This document shows positions 1 to 10,554 of a DNA stretch of 59,820 bases, in pieces. Numbering within the stretch: position 1 is the stretch's first letter; every line of letters starts with the position of its first letter. Made by a program: the position numbers and the translations under genes. The notes below the pieces were generated by a model, which did no database searches, was not told the DNA's origin, and saw only the letters and a list, made by a program, of their open reading frames with translations. Source of the DNA: Clostridia bacterium (GTDB lineage Bacteria; Bacillota; Clostridia; RGIG8785); assembly GCA_045655245.1 (NCBI GenBank), contig JAZOOX010000045.1:1-59820 (forward strand), given 5' to 3'.

Positions 1-1
1 G

Positions 2-955
2 ATTTTTTCGGTTGTCTGTGCCATCGCTCTTTGGTTTTACGTTATTGCCGCACAGAATCCTGAAATCGAAGTTAAGGTAAAAAATATACCGATTCAGATT
101 GATGCCACGAGCGAAGAAACGTTGTATCGTTCTCACGGTCTTTGCGTACTTAAACCCGTTGGTGGGCTTAAGACATCATTGACCGTCAAGGGAAGACGAA
201 GTGTTATCGGTGGCGTTGATAACAAAAATATCAAAGCAGTTGTTGATGTTTCTAAAGTTGAAAAGGCAGGAACTTCAGATCCTCTTACCATTAGTGTTCA
301 TTTGCCTGAATCCACCAGCTTGTATGTAATGAACATCAACCCGTTACAGGTAAACTATCCCGTAGAAGAGGGACTCGAACGAATTGTGCCTGTTGAATGC
401 GAACCATCGAAGGGAGTTGACGACGCACGTTATCTTTCGGATTTGAGCGTCAGCCCCAGTGAAATTAAAATATGGGGACCGAAATCGATTATCAGCACCG
501 TCGAAAAACTGTTGGTGACGCCCGATCTCTCCAAAATGAACGAAGACTTTTCCGAGGACTTTTCTTACACTGCTGTTAACGGCGAAGGAAAGAATGTGGA
601 TTTGATTAACGTTTCATCCTACGTCGATACGGTTCGGGTGAGCGGCAAAGTCCTTGGTGTTAGAACAGTGCCGTTGGAAATTGTCACCGAGCATATTGAT
701 GCTCCTGCGGGGTATATCGTCTCGGAAGCATCCGTTGAGCCGAAACGAATTCAGGTACGTGGTACCGAAAAGTCACTTGCTGACCTGGAATCGATCTTAA
801 TTCGGGTAAATCCTAAAAAAATTTCTGGTGAAGTGGGTGCTCAGGAGCTGGAAGGTGAGGTCGTTTTCCCCCTTGGCATCACTGCAGATGAGGAAAATTT
901 GTCAATTTATGTAAAAATTGTACTGGAAGAGGAATCCGAAACAAACAATGAATAG
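2..955 (+). CDS. YbbR-domain protein (CdaR-like), 5' end cut by the window edge
   Basis: The reading frame is open from nt 2, with no stop upstream of the listed ORF 122..955. A hydrophobic N-terminal stretch (FSVVCAIALWFYVIAA) is followed by repeated YbbR-like modules (patterns such as VKGRRSVIGGV...AVVDVSK...G and VRVSGKVLGV). The call is by resemblance only. Confidence 0.65.
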   Translation: MFSVVCAIALWFYVIAAQNPEIEVKVKNIPIQIDATSEETLYRSHGLCVLKPVGGLKTSLTVKGRRSVIGGVDNKNIKAVVDVSKVEKAGTSDPLTISVHLPESTSLYVMNINPLQVNYPVEEGLERIVPVECEPSKGVDDARYLSDLSVSPSEIKIWGPKSIISTVEKLLVTPDLSKMNEDFSEDFSYTAVNGEGKNVDLINVSSYVDTVRVSGKVLGVRTVPLEIVTEHIDAPAGYIVSEASVEPKRIQVRGTEKSLADLESILIRVNPKKISGEVGAQELEGEVVFPLGITADEENLSIYVKIVLEEESETNNE

Positions 956-1069
956 TTTTAAACGCATGAAAGGTAAAAAACTATTGACTTTTTGTGCGGT
1001 TTTTAGTATTCTATATGTATATTCAAAACTTAATCTTCTGCACTCTTCAGCAAAAGGAGCGAACTTAGT

Positions 1070-1336
1070 ATGTATTCCAAAGAAGTAACTGTACAAAGTC
1101 AGGTTGGGCTTCATGCAAGACCGGCTACATTCTTTATCCAAAAGGCAAATGAATATGCCGCCAGTATATGGATTGAAAAAGAAGAACGCAAAGTGAATGC
1201 CAAAAGTTTGTTGGGGGTTCTTTCTTTGGGAATCGCCAAGGGGACGAGCGTTATTTTAAGCGCTGAAGGTTCCGATGAACAAGAAGCGGTTGAAGCTTTA
1301 TCCGAGTTGGTTTCCAATGCCAATGTAATTCGTTGA
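1070..1336 (+). CDS. ptsH: Phosphocarrier protein HPr
   Basis: 88 aa. It has the His15 motif GLHARPA and the Ser46 regulatory motif NAKSLLGVLSLG. RBS aaaggag lies upstream, and a TTGACT-17-TATTCT promoter candidate is at 984..1012. Confidence 0.92.
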   Translation: MYSKEVTVQSQVGLHARPATFFIQKANEYAASIWIEKEERKVNAKSLLGVLSLGIAKGTSVILSAEGSDEQEAVEALSELVSNANVIR

Positions 1337-1350
1337 TTTGATTTTTGAAT

Positions 1351-1396
1351 GTCCCTTTCCTTTCTGTGTTAACATAGAAACGGAAGGGACTTTTTT
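1351..1396 (+). terminator. Rho-independent terminator after ptsH
   Basis: GC-rich inverted repeat gtccctttcctttct / agaaacggaagggac, followed by TTTTTT. Confidence 0.7.
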
Positions 1397-1412
1397 GTAA
1401 GGGGGAAGGGCT

Positions 1413-3227
1413 GTGCTGGATTATAAAAAACTACCTCAACACCCCGGGGTTTATGTTATGAAAAATGCCGCGGGTGAAGTCATTTACGTCGGGAAGGCCA
1501 AGTCTTTAAAAAATCGCGTCAGCCAGTATTTTCAAAACAATAAGGCACATTCTGCAAAGGTTCGTGCTATGGTCTCGAATATCGCGGATTATGAATACGT
1601 TTTGACCGGAAGCGAATTCGAAGCCTTTATCTTAGAATGCAACCTGATTAAAAAATATAAACCCCATTATAACATTTTACTGAAGGATGATAAAACGTTC
1701 CCGTACCTTCGTGTTACGGTCAAAGATCTTTATCCCAAGATGTCCGTGGCAAGGAAGATAAAAGACGACGGTGCTTTATACTTTGGTCCTTTTTTGAGTG
1801 TAAAAACCATACGTGACACGATTGATTTGGTCAAACGGTTGTTCGGCATCGCTACCTGCGACCGTTCTTTTCCAAGGGATGTAGGAAAGGATAGACCTTG
1901 TTTAAACTATCACATGAAACTCTGCTTGGCTCCCTGCCTACCCCAGATTACCGCCGACGATTATCGTGTTGCTTTCGATCGCGCAATTGCCTTTTTAAAA
2001 GGAGACCGTAACGAATGTATTGCAATGCTTAAAAATGATATGAAAAATGCAGTCGACCGCTTGGATTTTGAGTTTGCTGCACGAATCCGTGACATGATTG
2101 GGGAAATCGAAAAGCTAAGTCAAAAGCAAGCCGTTGTTTTGCAGGACAAGCGGGATCTGGATTGTATTGCCGTTGCAAAATATGGGGAAGTAGCATATTT
2201 CCAGGTATACTTTGTAAGAAACGGCGTTTTGTTGAATCGGTTTCAGAGCAAAATTGACGATTGCGCAGAAGAAACGGTTCAGGATCTAACCTACGCTTTT
2301 GTGCAGCAATTTTATGACGAAAACAGTATTCCTGACGAAGTGTTAGTTTCAGTAGAAGGAGTAGAAGCGCTGGGTGGGTTTTTAAGTGAAAAGCGCGGAA
2401 AACGTGTTGCGCTTCGCTGTCCGCAACGCGGAGAAAAAAGAAAACTTTTTGAAATGGCGCTCTCGAATGTGCAAGAGACTATACGGAAAGAAAATGAAGA
2501 AAACGAAAAAGCTCAAGTCCTCTTAACACAGTTTTGCACTTATACCGAAACGGATAAACCGCCTCGCAGAATCGAAGCAATTGATATTTCTCACACTTCA
2601 GGTGCAGAGACGGTAGGCGCGGTTGCCGTGTTTATAGACGGACGTGCATCCCGTAAGGACTATCGGTATTTTAAAATAAAAAATGCAGACGGAAATAACG
2701 ATTATGAAAACATGTGCGAAGTCGTTACAAGACGGGTGTTACGCGCAAAAAATCGGTCCCAGGGGTTTTCGGTATTGCCGGATCTACTCTTGGTTGATGG
2801 AGGAAAAGGTCAGGTCTCGGTTGTTAGAGAATGTCTAAACAAATTGGGCGTTAGTGATTTGCCGGTTTTGGGGATTGTAAAAGACGACTCCCATCAAACG
2901 CGAGGGCTGGCAAACGATAAAAAAGTATTTGAATTAGAGAAGAGCAGTCCCTTTTTTCACCTATTGGCAGAAATCCAAAACGAAGTTCACAACAGTGCTA
3001 TACGCTTTCATCATAAGCAGAGGAGTCGCAGCACGATACGTTCTTCGTTGCTGGGAATCGAGGGAATTGGCGAAACCAGACGGCGCGATTTGATGCGCAC
3101 CTTTAAGACGGTGCAGGCAATTCGTGCCGCTTCGGTCGAAGAGCTTTTAAAAGTTCCGTCTATGGATCGGCCCGCCGCGAGAAATCTCTTCGAACATTTT
3201 CATCCCGAACAACGAGAAAAAGATTGA
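1413..3227 (+). CDS. uvrC: Excinuclease ABC subunit C
   Basis: 604 aa with a GTG start after RBS gggggaaggg. N-terminal GIY-YIG motif (GVYVMKN...VIYVGKAKSLKNRV), a UvrBC-interaction region, and a C-terminal RNase H-like endonuclease plus (HhH)2. Confidence 0.95.
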   Translation: MLDYKKLPQHPGVYVMKNAAGEVIYVGKAKSLKNRVSQYFQNNKAHSAKVRAMVSNIADYEYVLTGSEFEAFILECNLIKKYKPHYNILLKDDKTFPYLRVTVKDLYPKMSVARKIKDDGALYFGPFLSVKTIRDTIDLVKRLFGIATCDRSFPRDVGKDRPCLNYHMKLCLAPCLPQITADDYRVAFDRAIAFLKGDRNECIAMLKNDMKNAVDRLDFEFAARIRDMIGEIEKLSQKQAVVLQDKRDLDCIAVAKYGEVAYFQVYFVRNGVLLNRFQSKIDDCAEETVQDLTYAFVQQFYDENSIPDEVLVSVEGVEALGGFLSEKRGKRVALRCPQRGEKRKLFEMALSNVQETIRKENEENEKAQVLLTQFCTYTETDKPPRRIEAIDISHTSGAETVGAVAVFIDGRASRKDYRYFKIKNADGNNDYENMCEVVTRRVLRAKNRSQGFSVLPDLLLVDGGKGQVSVVRECLNKLGVSDLPVLGIVKDDSHQTRGLANDKKVFELEKSSPFFHLLAEIQNEVHNSAIRFHHKQRSRSTIRSSLLGIEGIGETRRRDLMRTFKTVQAIRAASVEELLKVPSMDRPAARNLFEHFHPEQREKD

Positions 3228-3307
3228 TTTTTTAGGTTTTTTGCGGTAAAATTAAATTTGGGTTTTTCTATACTTAAGAAAGAATTTCTGTTGAAAAAGG
3301 AGACACT

Positions 3308-3502
3308 ATGTGGACTGTAGTTTATATTGCTAAAAACCGTGAGGTTTACGAGCATTTATTGCACACTTTAGACTCCAACGGATTGTTGACCAAAACGAAC
3401 GTACTGGGAACTGACGAGAACAAAAATACTTCGTACGAGATCTTGGTTCCCGAATCCGAAGTGGAAAAAGCACACACTTTGATTATTGATTTGGATTTTT
3501 AA
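3308..3502 (+). CDS. Small hypothetical protein (64 aa)
   Basis: Good RBS (aaaggagacact ATG). The gene is tightly packed between uvrC and pgsA. I recognise no family with certainty. Confidence 0.5.
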   Translation: MWTVVYIAKNREVYEHLLHTLDSNGLLTKTNVLGTDENKNTSYEILVPESEVEKAHTLIIDLDF

Positions 3503-3514
3503 TGAGGTGGAGTT

Positions 3515-4063
3515 ATGTTTGCCTGGTTGCCTAATTTTATCACACTGATTCGATTGCTTTTGATACCAATTTTTGTTTATTGTATGTTTGGCATCGAGGA
3601 TGGCACTGTTGCTGCGTTAATTGTTTTTATCCTCTCGGGTGCAACTGATGTTCTGGACGGTACTTTGGCAAGGGCTTTTCACTGGGAAAGTGCCGCAGGA
3701 AAAGTGCTTGACCCGTTGGCGGACAAGCTGATGCAATTGACGGTTTTTATTTCCCTTGTGGCTAAAAATTTGATACCCGGTTGGGTTGTTTTCCTTCTGA
3801 CTTTAAAAGAAGGACTGATGGTAATCGCAGGGGTAGCGTTGTGGGAACACAAAGTGGTCGTTCAATCCAACTGGAGCGGAAAGCTTGCCACAGTTGTAAT
3901 GTACATTTCGGTAACGACGATTATTCTATTCCAGATACTATCCATTTCGCTTCCGCATTTGATCGAGGTTTTACTTTGGCTGATTATTGTTGGAACCGCC
4001 TTGATGGCGTTTCTATGCTATTATTTTACATATAAAAAGGAACTGGCGAAACTAAAGGGGTAA
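3515..4063 (+). CDS. pgsA: CDP-alcohol phosphatidyltransferase (phosphatidylglycerophosphate synthase-like)
   Basis: Polytopic membrane protein carrying the CDP-alcohol motif DVLDGTLAR...G...DPLADK. Confidence 0.85.
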   Translation: MFAWLPNFITLIRLLLIPIFVYCMFGIEDGTVAALIVFILSGATDVLDGTLARAFHWESAAGKVLDPLADKLMQLTVFISLVAKNLIPGWVVFLLTLKEGLMVIAGVALWEHKVVVQSNWSGKLATVVMYISVTTIILFQILSISLPHLIEVLLWLIIVGTALMAFLCYYFTYKKELAKLKG

Positions 4064-4066
4064 ACC

Positions 4067-6589
4067 ATGGAACGTTTGCTTATTATTGATGGGAACAGCA
4101 TTGCTAACCGCGCATTTTACGGCATAAGAACCCTAAGCAACCATCAGGGCGTGCCGACCAATGCGATATACGGCTTTTTGAATATCATGCTAAAAACGGC
4201 AGAGGAACGAACCCCTGACTATCTTTGTGTTGCCTTCGATTTGCGCGCCCCTACTTTCAGACATAAAGCATACGATCTTTACAAGGCGCAGCGGAAAAAA
4301 ATGCCCGAAGAACTGGCGGTACAATTGCCGTTATTACAAGAGGTTCTTGATGCAATGAATATTCCTTGTCTGACCGCTGAAGGGTTTGAAGCGGATGATA
4401 TTATTGGAACGGTATCAGCACTTTGCAATCAGAAAGGAATTGCCTGCGAAATTTTGACCGGCGACAAAGACGATTTACAATTAATCGAAGACGGAACAAA
4501 TGTTTTGTTGACCACGACGCGAATGGGCAACACCGAAACCGAATTGTATACTGCTGAAAAAGTGCTGGAGCGGTACGGGTTAACTCCCGCGCAGATTATC
4601 GACCTAAAAGGGTTGATGGGTGATTCTTCCGACAACATCCCCGGTGTCCGCGGGGTGGGCGAAAAAACGGCGCTGTCGCTATTACAGCGCTACGGTTCTG
4701 TCGAGGCCTTGTACGACGGTTTGGAAAACGATACTGCGATCAAGGGGGCACTACGGGAAAAGTTAATGCAATCCCGTGATGATGCATTTTTAAGCAAACA
4801 ACTTGCGACCATTGTGCGAGATGTTCCGATTGTGTTTTCCTTTGAGAATTTCCGCAGAACAACGTCATACAAAGAGGCGTTGTATCCTTTACTGAAAGAG
4901 CTGGAACTTTTTAAACTGATCGAACGTTTGCAAGTTGAGGGTCCGTCCGAATGTCGTGAAACCTTTGAAATCAATTGGATTTCGGGCGATAAAACTGACT
5001 TGTGTGATAATGCCGTCGTTTCTCTTGCAATGGACGAAAAAGGTGCTGTGGTCCTTACAACTGACGGTGCCCGTTTTTCTTACTTCGAGACACTTCCTCA
5101 GGCATTGCTCGAAAACGCTAAGATCAAAAAGAAAACCCACTGTTCTTATCTGATATATCAACTGTATCCGGGTTTGGAAAATGTTGTATTTGATACTGAA
5201 CTGGCAGCGTATTTATTAGATGTCCTATCGGAGAAGTATCCCCTTTCGCTATTGGCAGAAATCTACTTGAACAAGACCATCTCCGCAGAAGAAGAAAAAC
5301 TGCGATTGGCAGAAGAATGTGCAGCAGTATATTACCTTTCATCTGTTCTTGAAGAGCATCTGCACAGAGAAGAGATGTTTCAGCTTTTTTCTGAGGTAGA
5401 GGTCCCCCTTGCAAAAGTTCTGGCGGATATGCACCGCATCGGTATTGGTGTAGAAAGAACGGTTTTGGAAGAACAAAGCAAAGCTTTAGGCGCTTTATTG
5501 GAGAAACAAGCGGCGGCTATTTATGAAATGGCAGGAGAGACCTTTAATATCAATTCTCCCAAACAGTTAGGGAATATCCTTTTTGAAAAATTGGAACTGC
5601 CCCACAAAAAGAAAACGAAAAGTGGATATTCAACCAATGCGGACGTCTTGGAAAAACTGCGGTATGCCCATCCGATTGTTGATGCTGTTTTAAATTATCG
5701 TCAAATGATGAAGTTGAAGTCGACCTATACCGATGGTCTGTTGCCTTACATTGAAGAGGATCAGCGGATTCATACCCATTTTAATCAAACGGTTACGGCA
5801 ACGGGACGGTTAAGCAGCACTGAACCGAATCTGCAAAATATTCCCGTCCGTACTGAAGAGGCGAAAATGATACGAAAGGCGTTTTGTGCCCGCGAAGGGT
5901 ATCATTTTCTGTCAGCTGACTATTCCCAAATTGAATTGCGAATTTTGGCACACATTTCCGATGATAGAGAGATGATTGCTGCATTTAACGAGGGAATCGA
6001 CATTCACACCAAGACTGCCGCATTGATTTTCGGCGTTTCTGTAGCAGACGTTACGTCTATGATGCGCAGCAGTGCAAAGGCGATCAATTTTGGTATTCTC
6101 TACGGAATGGGGGATTTTTCCCTGGGGAATGACTTGGGAATTACCCGCCGTCAGGCTGCGGAATATATTGAAAATTACCTGAATACTTATCCTAAGGTTC
6201 GCGACTACCTGGAACAAGTGATTACGGAAGCGCGGGAAAACGGATATGTTAAAACCCTTTTTGGCAGAAGACGATCCATGCCCGAACTTTCTGCATCGAA
6301 CTTTATCGTACGCTCTTTTGGCGAACGGGTAGCCAAAAACGCTCCCATTCAGGGCACCGCCGCTGATATTATCAAAATGGCAATGGTCCGTGTGTATCAG
6401 CGGTTAACGGACGAGAATTTAAAATCCCGATTAATTTTACAAGTTCATGATGAGCTGATTTTGGAAGTTGCTGATGATGAGGAAGAATATGTAACGGCTT
6501 TATTAAAACAAGAGATGGAGGGAGTCGTTTCCCTTTCTGTACCGTTGCCCGTCTCCGTTTCAAAAGCAAAAGATTGGTATCATCTGTAA
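4067..6589 (+). CDS. polA: DNA polymerase I
   Basis: 840 aa. N-terminal 5' nuclease domain (LIIDGNSIANRAFY, GDKDDLQL, GDSSDNIPGVRGVGEKTA). C-terminal family A polymerase motifs (DYSQIELRILAH, RSSAKAINFGILYGM, QVHDELILE). Confidence 0.96.
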   Translation: MERLLIIDGNSIANRAFYGIRTLSNHQGVPTNAIYGFLNIMLKTAEERTPDYLCVAFDLRAPTFRHKAYDLYKAQRKKMPEELAVQLPLLQEVLDAMNIPCLTAEGFEADDIIGTVSALCNQKGIACEILTGDKDDLQLIEDGTNVLLTTTRMGNTETELYTAEKVLERYGLTPAQIIDLKGLMGDSSDNIPGVRGVGEKTALSLLQRYGSVEALYDGLENDTAIKGALREKLMQSRDDAFLSKQLATIVRDVPIVFSFENFRRTTSYKEALYPLLKELELFKLIERLQVEGPSECRETFEINWISGDKTDLCDNAVVSLAMDEKGAVVLTTDGARFSYFETLPQALLENAKIKKKTHCSYLIYQLYPGLENVVFDTELAAYLLDVLSEKYPLSLLAEIYLNKTISAEEEKLRLAEECAAVYYLSSVLEEHLHREEMFQLFSEVEVPLAKVLADMHRIGIGVERTVLEEQSKALGALLEKQAAAIYEMAGETFNINSPKQLGNILFEKLELPHKKKTKSGYSTNADVLEKLRYAHPIVDAVLNYRQMMKLKSTYTDGLLPYIEEDQRIHTHFNQTVTATGRLSSTEPNLQNIPVRTEEAKMIRKAFCAREGYHFLSADYSQIELRILAHISDDREMIAAFNEGIDIHTKTAALIFGVSVADVTSMMRSSAKAINFGILYGMGDFSLGNDLGITRRQAAEYIENYLNTYPKVRDYLEQVITEARENGYVKTLFGRRRSMPELSASNFIVRSFGERVAKNAPIQGTAADIIKMAMVRVYQRLTDENLKSRLILQVHDELILEVADDEEEYVTALLKQEMEGVVSLSVPLPVSVSKAKDWYHL

Positions 6590-6602
6590 GAAAGGAACCG
6601 TT

Positions 6603-7205
6603 ATGTGGTTGATTGGTTTAACCGGCGGAAGCGGAAGCGGAAAAACAACTGCGGCAAAATTGTTTGCGGATTACGGTATTGCTGTTATTGATGCGGATGA
6701 GGTAGCCCGCTTTGTGGTTCGTCCAAACGCTTCTGCACTGGTACAAATCGCTCAAGTTTTCGGAAAGAAATATCTGCATGAAGATGGAACGTTAAACCGT
6801 TCGATGCTGGGGAGTTTGGTCTTTTCGGACAGTAGCGCTTTGGCACAGTTGAACCGGATCATGATTCCCGAAATACTGAATGAAATTCAATTACGTATCA
6901 AACAATTGCAGGATTCGGGTGAAAAAATAGCCCTTTTGGACGCCCCATTACTTTTTGAATACCAGCTGGACGCCATCTGCAATAGCGTGGTTTTAATGAG
7001 TACCCCCCTTGACATTCGGATTGAACGTTTGATGAAACGGGACGGTTTGACCGAAGAAGAGGTGAAAAGGCGTATTCAATCACAAATTGACTATTCGGCT
7101 TATGAGGACCGTGTTGATTATCGTGTGGATGCGACAGACGCTTTCTCGCTCCAAAAAGCTGTTTTCGAGATTGTGAATGATTTGCAAGGAAAGGCTAAAC
7201 TTTGA
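6603..7205 (+). CDS. coaE: Dephospho-CoA kinase
   Basis: 200 aa with P-loop GLTGGSGSGKTT and CoaE-like length and layout. Confidence 0.9.
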   Translation: MWLIGLTGGSGSGKTTAAKLFADYGIAVIDADEVARFVVRPNASALVQIAQVFGKKYLHEDGTLNRSMLGSLVFSDSSALAQLNRIMIPEILNEIQLRIKQLQDSGEKIALLDAPLLFEYQLDAICNSVVLMSTPLDIRIERLMKRDGLTEEEVKRRIQSQIDYSAYEDRVDYRVDATDAFSLQKAVFEIVNDLQGKAKL

Positions 7206-7732
7206 TGAAACGACTTCTTACCACCATTGTTATCGTTGCCATTTTAATCTACTGTGCATATTCCTTAATCCTTCAGTTTTTTCCGATGGAATATCGTGAC
7301 ACCATTGCAGAAGAGTGCAGAAAACACAATTTGGATCCCGCTTGGGTATCTGCAGTTATATGTGCCGAAAGCGGATTTGTTCCTGATGCAAATTCCCCTA
7401 AGGGAGCGGTTGGGTTAATGCAGGTGATGCCTCAGACAGGGGAGTGGATTGCCGAACAAATGGGGCTTGAATCTTTCGATTTGTACCAGCCCGAAGACAA
7501 CATCGCTATCGGTTGCACCTACTTAGCAATGCTTTTGGAACAATACGACAGTAAGTTCCTGGCACTTTGCGCGTATAATGCCGGAGAAGGACGCGTTGAC
7601 AAGTGGTTGGCAAAGTCGAGCACTCCGGAACAATTTCGTTCGCTACTGTATGAAGAAACGAGTAAATATTGCATCAAAATCGAAAACTACGAGAAAGTAT
7701 ATAGAACTTTGTATTGGAGGCGTGAAAAATGA
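7205..7732 (+). CDS. Lytic transglycosylase (SLT domain), membrane anchored
   Basis: N-terminal TM helix and SLT motifs AESGF, GLMQV and AYNAG. The ATG at 7205 overlaps the coaE stop (TGATG); the track lists a TTG at 7202. Confidence 0.8.
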   Translation: MKRLLTTIVIVAILIYCAYSLILQFFPMEYRDTIAEECRKHNLDPAWVSAVICAESGFVPDANSPKGAVGLMQVMPQTGEWIAEQMGLESFDLYQPEDNIAIGCTYLAMLLEQYDSKFLALCAYNAGEGRVDKWLAKSSTPEQFRSLLYEETSKYCIKIENYEKVYRTLYWRREK

Positions 7733-9114
7733 GCATTAAATTAGAACGCAAGAATATTTGGGAAACAGTAACTCCTGAAATGAAGAACGAAATTTTTTCT
7801 TTTTCCGAAGGATATATAGTCTTTTTAAACAAGGGAAAGACCGAACGGGAATGTGTTAACTACGCAATTGATTTGTTGAAAGAAAAGGGTTTTGTTTCTT
7901 TAAATGAAAAAGAAAAACTGGTCCCCGGAGACCGCGTGTATACCGTAAATCGTGGCAAAAATCTTTTGGCGGCTGTGATCGGTCAAGAATCGATGTGTAA
8001 AGGTTTTCAACTTGTTGCCGCTCACATCGATTCGCCCCGTCTGGATTTGAAGCCTTTACCGATTTACGAGGATCAGGAACTTTGCCTTTTAAAGACCCAC
8101 TATTACGGCGGGATCAAAAAATACCAATGGACTTCTATTCCCCTCGCTCTGCACGGAGTTGTTTGCAAAACCGATGGAACCCGTGTGGAGATTGTGATTG
8201 GTGAAGACAAAAACGATCCAGTTTTCACTGTTACCGATCTGTTGCCCCACTTGGCTCGCGAACAGGCCGATAAAAAGCTGGGACAGGCAATCGGGGGAGA
8301 AGCACTGAATATCCTGTTTGGCAGTATCCCTGCCGAAACCGAAGAATCCGAAAAGGTGAAGGATGCCGTTTTGCAGATTATTTTCGAAAAGTACGGAATC
8401 ACCGAAAGGGATTTTGCGTCTGCGGAAATCGAAGCGGTACCCGCCTTTCCTGCACAAGATCTTGGATTGGACAGAAGCATGATCGGTGGTTACGGACAGG
8501 ACGATCGCATTTGTTCTTATGCCGCTTTGGCTGCTCTCTTGAATATGGAAAGCATCCCAAACAAGACGGCCGTATGCCTGCTCGCTGATAAAGAAGAAAT
8601 CGGCAGTGCAGGGAATACCGGCTTACGCTCCAGATTTTTTGAGAACTGCATCGCCGAATGTTGCGCCAAATCTGTCACAGAACCCTATAACGATTTAATG
8701 CTTCGCAAAGCTTTAAGCGCAACAAAATGTATTTCCGCGGATGTTGGTGCGGCTGTAGACCCCACCTATGCGGATGTTAGTGAACGCAAGAATGCGGCAT
8801 TCTTAAATCAGGGCGTATTTTTGATGAAATACACCGGGAGCGGCGGCAAGAGCGGAAGCAGTGATGCCAATGCAGAATTTGTTGCAGAAGTACGCTCAAC
8901 ATTTGACAAGAACGATGTTGCCTGGCAAACAGGTGAGCTGGGGAAGGTGGATGTTGGCGGCGGCGGCACCGTTGCCCAGTATCTTGCAGCCTTAGACATT
9001 GATGTAATTGACTGCGGCACCCCGATTTTGTCCATGCATGCACCTTTTGAAGTTTCTTCCAAAGCGGATTTGTATATGACTTATCGCGCCTATTCCGCTT
9101 TTTATAATGCTTGA
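7729..9114 (+). CDS. M18-family aminopeptidase
   Basis: 461 aa with the family-like segments AAHIDSPRLDLKP, GYGQDDR, DKEEIGS and MHAPFE. ATGA overlap with the upstream gene. Confidence 0.78.
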   Translation: MSIKLERKNIWETVTPEMKNEIFSFSEGYIVFLNKGKTERECVNYAIDLLKEKGFVSLNEKEKLVPGDRVYTVNRGKNLLAAVIGQESMCKGFQLVAAHIDSPRLDLKPLPIYEDQELCLLKTHYYGGIKKYQWTSIPLALHGVVCKTDGTRVEIVIGEDKNDPVFTVTDLLPHLAREQADKKLGQAIGGEALNILFGSIPAETEESEKVKDAVLQIIFEKYGITERDFASAEIEAVPAFPAQDLGLDRSMIGGYGQDDRICSYAALAALLNMESIPNKTAVCLLADKEEIGSAGNTGLRSRFFENCIAECCAKSVTEPYNDLMLRKALSATKCISADVGAAVDPTYADVSERKNAAFLNQGVFLMKYTGSGGKSGSSDANAEFVAEVRSTFDKNDVAWQTGELGKVDVGGGGTVAQYLAALDIDVIDCGTPILSMHAPFEVSSKADLYMTYRAYSAFYNA

Positions 9115-9126
9115 CGGGAGATTAAT

Positions 9127-10554
9127 ATGAACGAAAGAACAGTTCGTCTGGTCCCGCCTGAGGTTATGGACGAGGAGAAGTGTGCAATTGCTGAAGTTTT
9201 GCAATACAATGCAGAATGCAACCAGCCACTTCGCGCTTTTGTCCAGACTTTTGGCTGCCAGTTGAATGAAAATGACAGCGAAAAGATTTGCGGTATGTTG
9301 GAACAAATGGGATTTTCTTTTACCGACAGTACTGAAACCGCCGACCTGATTTTACTGAACACTTGTGCCATTCGCGAAAATGCCCACGATAAGGTTTTTG
9401 GCATTATCGGCTCCTTAAAGCATCAAAAAGAAAAGAATCCGTCATTACTGATCGGGCTTTGCGGATGCATGGCGCAGGAACCGCAAGTGGTGGAAGAATT
9501 AAAACGCAAATATCGTCAGGTGGATTTTGTATTCGGTACGCATACCCTGCATCGTTTCCCAAGTGTTTTGCTGGATGCGTTAAAACAACAACGGTTTGTA
9601 TGTAACGTCGTTGATATAGACGGAGAAATTGCCGAGGGGCTTCCTGTTAAACGAGAAGATTCCTTTAAAGCATCCGTTTCCATTATGTATGGGTGCAACA
9701 ACTTTTGCTCGTATTGCATCGTTCCCTATGTTCGCGGTCGCGAGCGCAGTCGCGCTTCTGAGATGATACTCGGAGAAATTCGCGATTTAATCAAAGGCGG
9801 TTACTGCGAAATTATGTTGCTGGGGCAAAACGTAAACTCATACGGTCTGGATCTTGAAAACGAGATTAATTTCCCTACCTTATTGGAACGAATCAACGAA
9901 ATTGAAGGGGATTTCCGTGTCCGTTTTATGACCTCTCATCCCAAAGATATCAGCAAACATCTGATCGACGTGATTGCCGATTGTGATAAAGTTTGTAATC
10001 AGTTGCATATTCCCGTACAGTCGGGGAGTGATACCGTTTTAAAGGCGATGAATCGCCGTTACACGCGGGAGTCTTATCTTGATATTATCCGATACGCAAA
10101 AGAACGGATCCCCGGTCTGGTTTTAACCAGTGATATCATCGTCGGTTTTCCGAACGAGACCGAGGAGGATTTTGAACAAACGCTACAATTAATTCGAGAA
10201 GTTGAATACGATACTTTATTCACGTTTTTGTTTTCTCCTCGCGTTGGTACCCCTGCCGAAAAAATGCCTGATCCATTCTCTAAAGAAGAGAAGCAGCGGC
10301 GCTTTGAACGGTTGTTAGAAGTGCAGAACGAAATCTCGCGCACCAAGAACGAGAACTATCGCAATAAAGTTGTGACAGTTCTTATAGAGGGGCAATCAAA
10401 AACAGACAAGAGCCGACTTTCGGGCAGAACAGAAGGCGGAAAAATCGTTAATTTTATCGGAGACGAAACCTTAATTGGTTCATTCTGCAAAGTGCAGATA
10501 ACGGATATTCAAACCTGGTCTTTGACCGGAAAAATAGTAAAGGAGAATGAATAA
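9127..10554 (+). CDS. miaB: tRNA-i6A37 methylthiotransferase
   Basis: 475 aa. UPF0004 N-domain cysteines (FGCQLN, NTCAIRE, GCMAQ), radical SAM CNNFCSYC, and a C-terminal TRAM domain. Confidence 0.92.
   Translation: MNERTVRLVPPEVMDEEKCAIAEVLQYNAECNQPLRAFVQTFGCQLNENDSEKICGMLEQMGFSFTDSTETADLILLNTCAIRENAHDKVFGIIGSLKHQKEKNPSLLIGLCGCMAQEPQVVEELKRKYRQVDFVFGTHTLHRFPSVLLDALKQQRFVCNVVDIDGEIAEGLPVKREDSFKASVSIMYGCNNFCSYCIVPYVRGRERSRASEMILGEIRDLIKGGYCEIMLLGQNVNSYGLDLENEINFPTLLERINEIEGDFRVRFMTSHPKDISKHLIDVIADCDKVCNQLHIPVQSGSDTVLKAMNRRYTRESYLDIIRYAKERIPGLVLTSDIIVGFPNETEEDFEQTLQLIREVEYDTLFTFLFSPRVGTPAEKMPDPFSKEEKQRRFERLLEVQNEISRTKNENYRNKVVTVLIEGQSKTDKSRLSGRTEGGKIVNFIGDETLIGSFCKVQITDIQTWSLTGKIVKENE

Noticed and set aside
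4900-5200. A possibly inactive 3'-5' exonuclease domain in PolA, with no clear DxE ExoI motif (the local sequence is LAMDEKG).
   Set aside because: A vestigial proofreading domain is common in Firmicute Pol I (for example the Bacillus enzymes). I also cannot align the Exo motifs reliably by eye.
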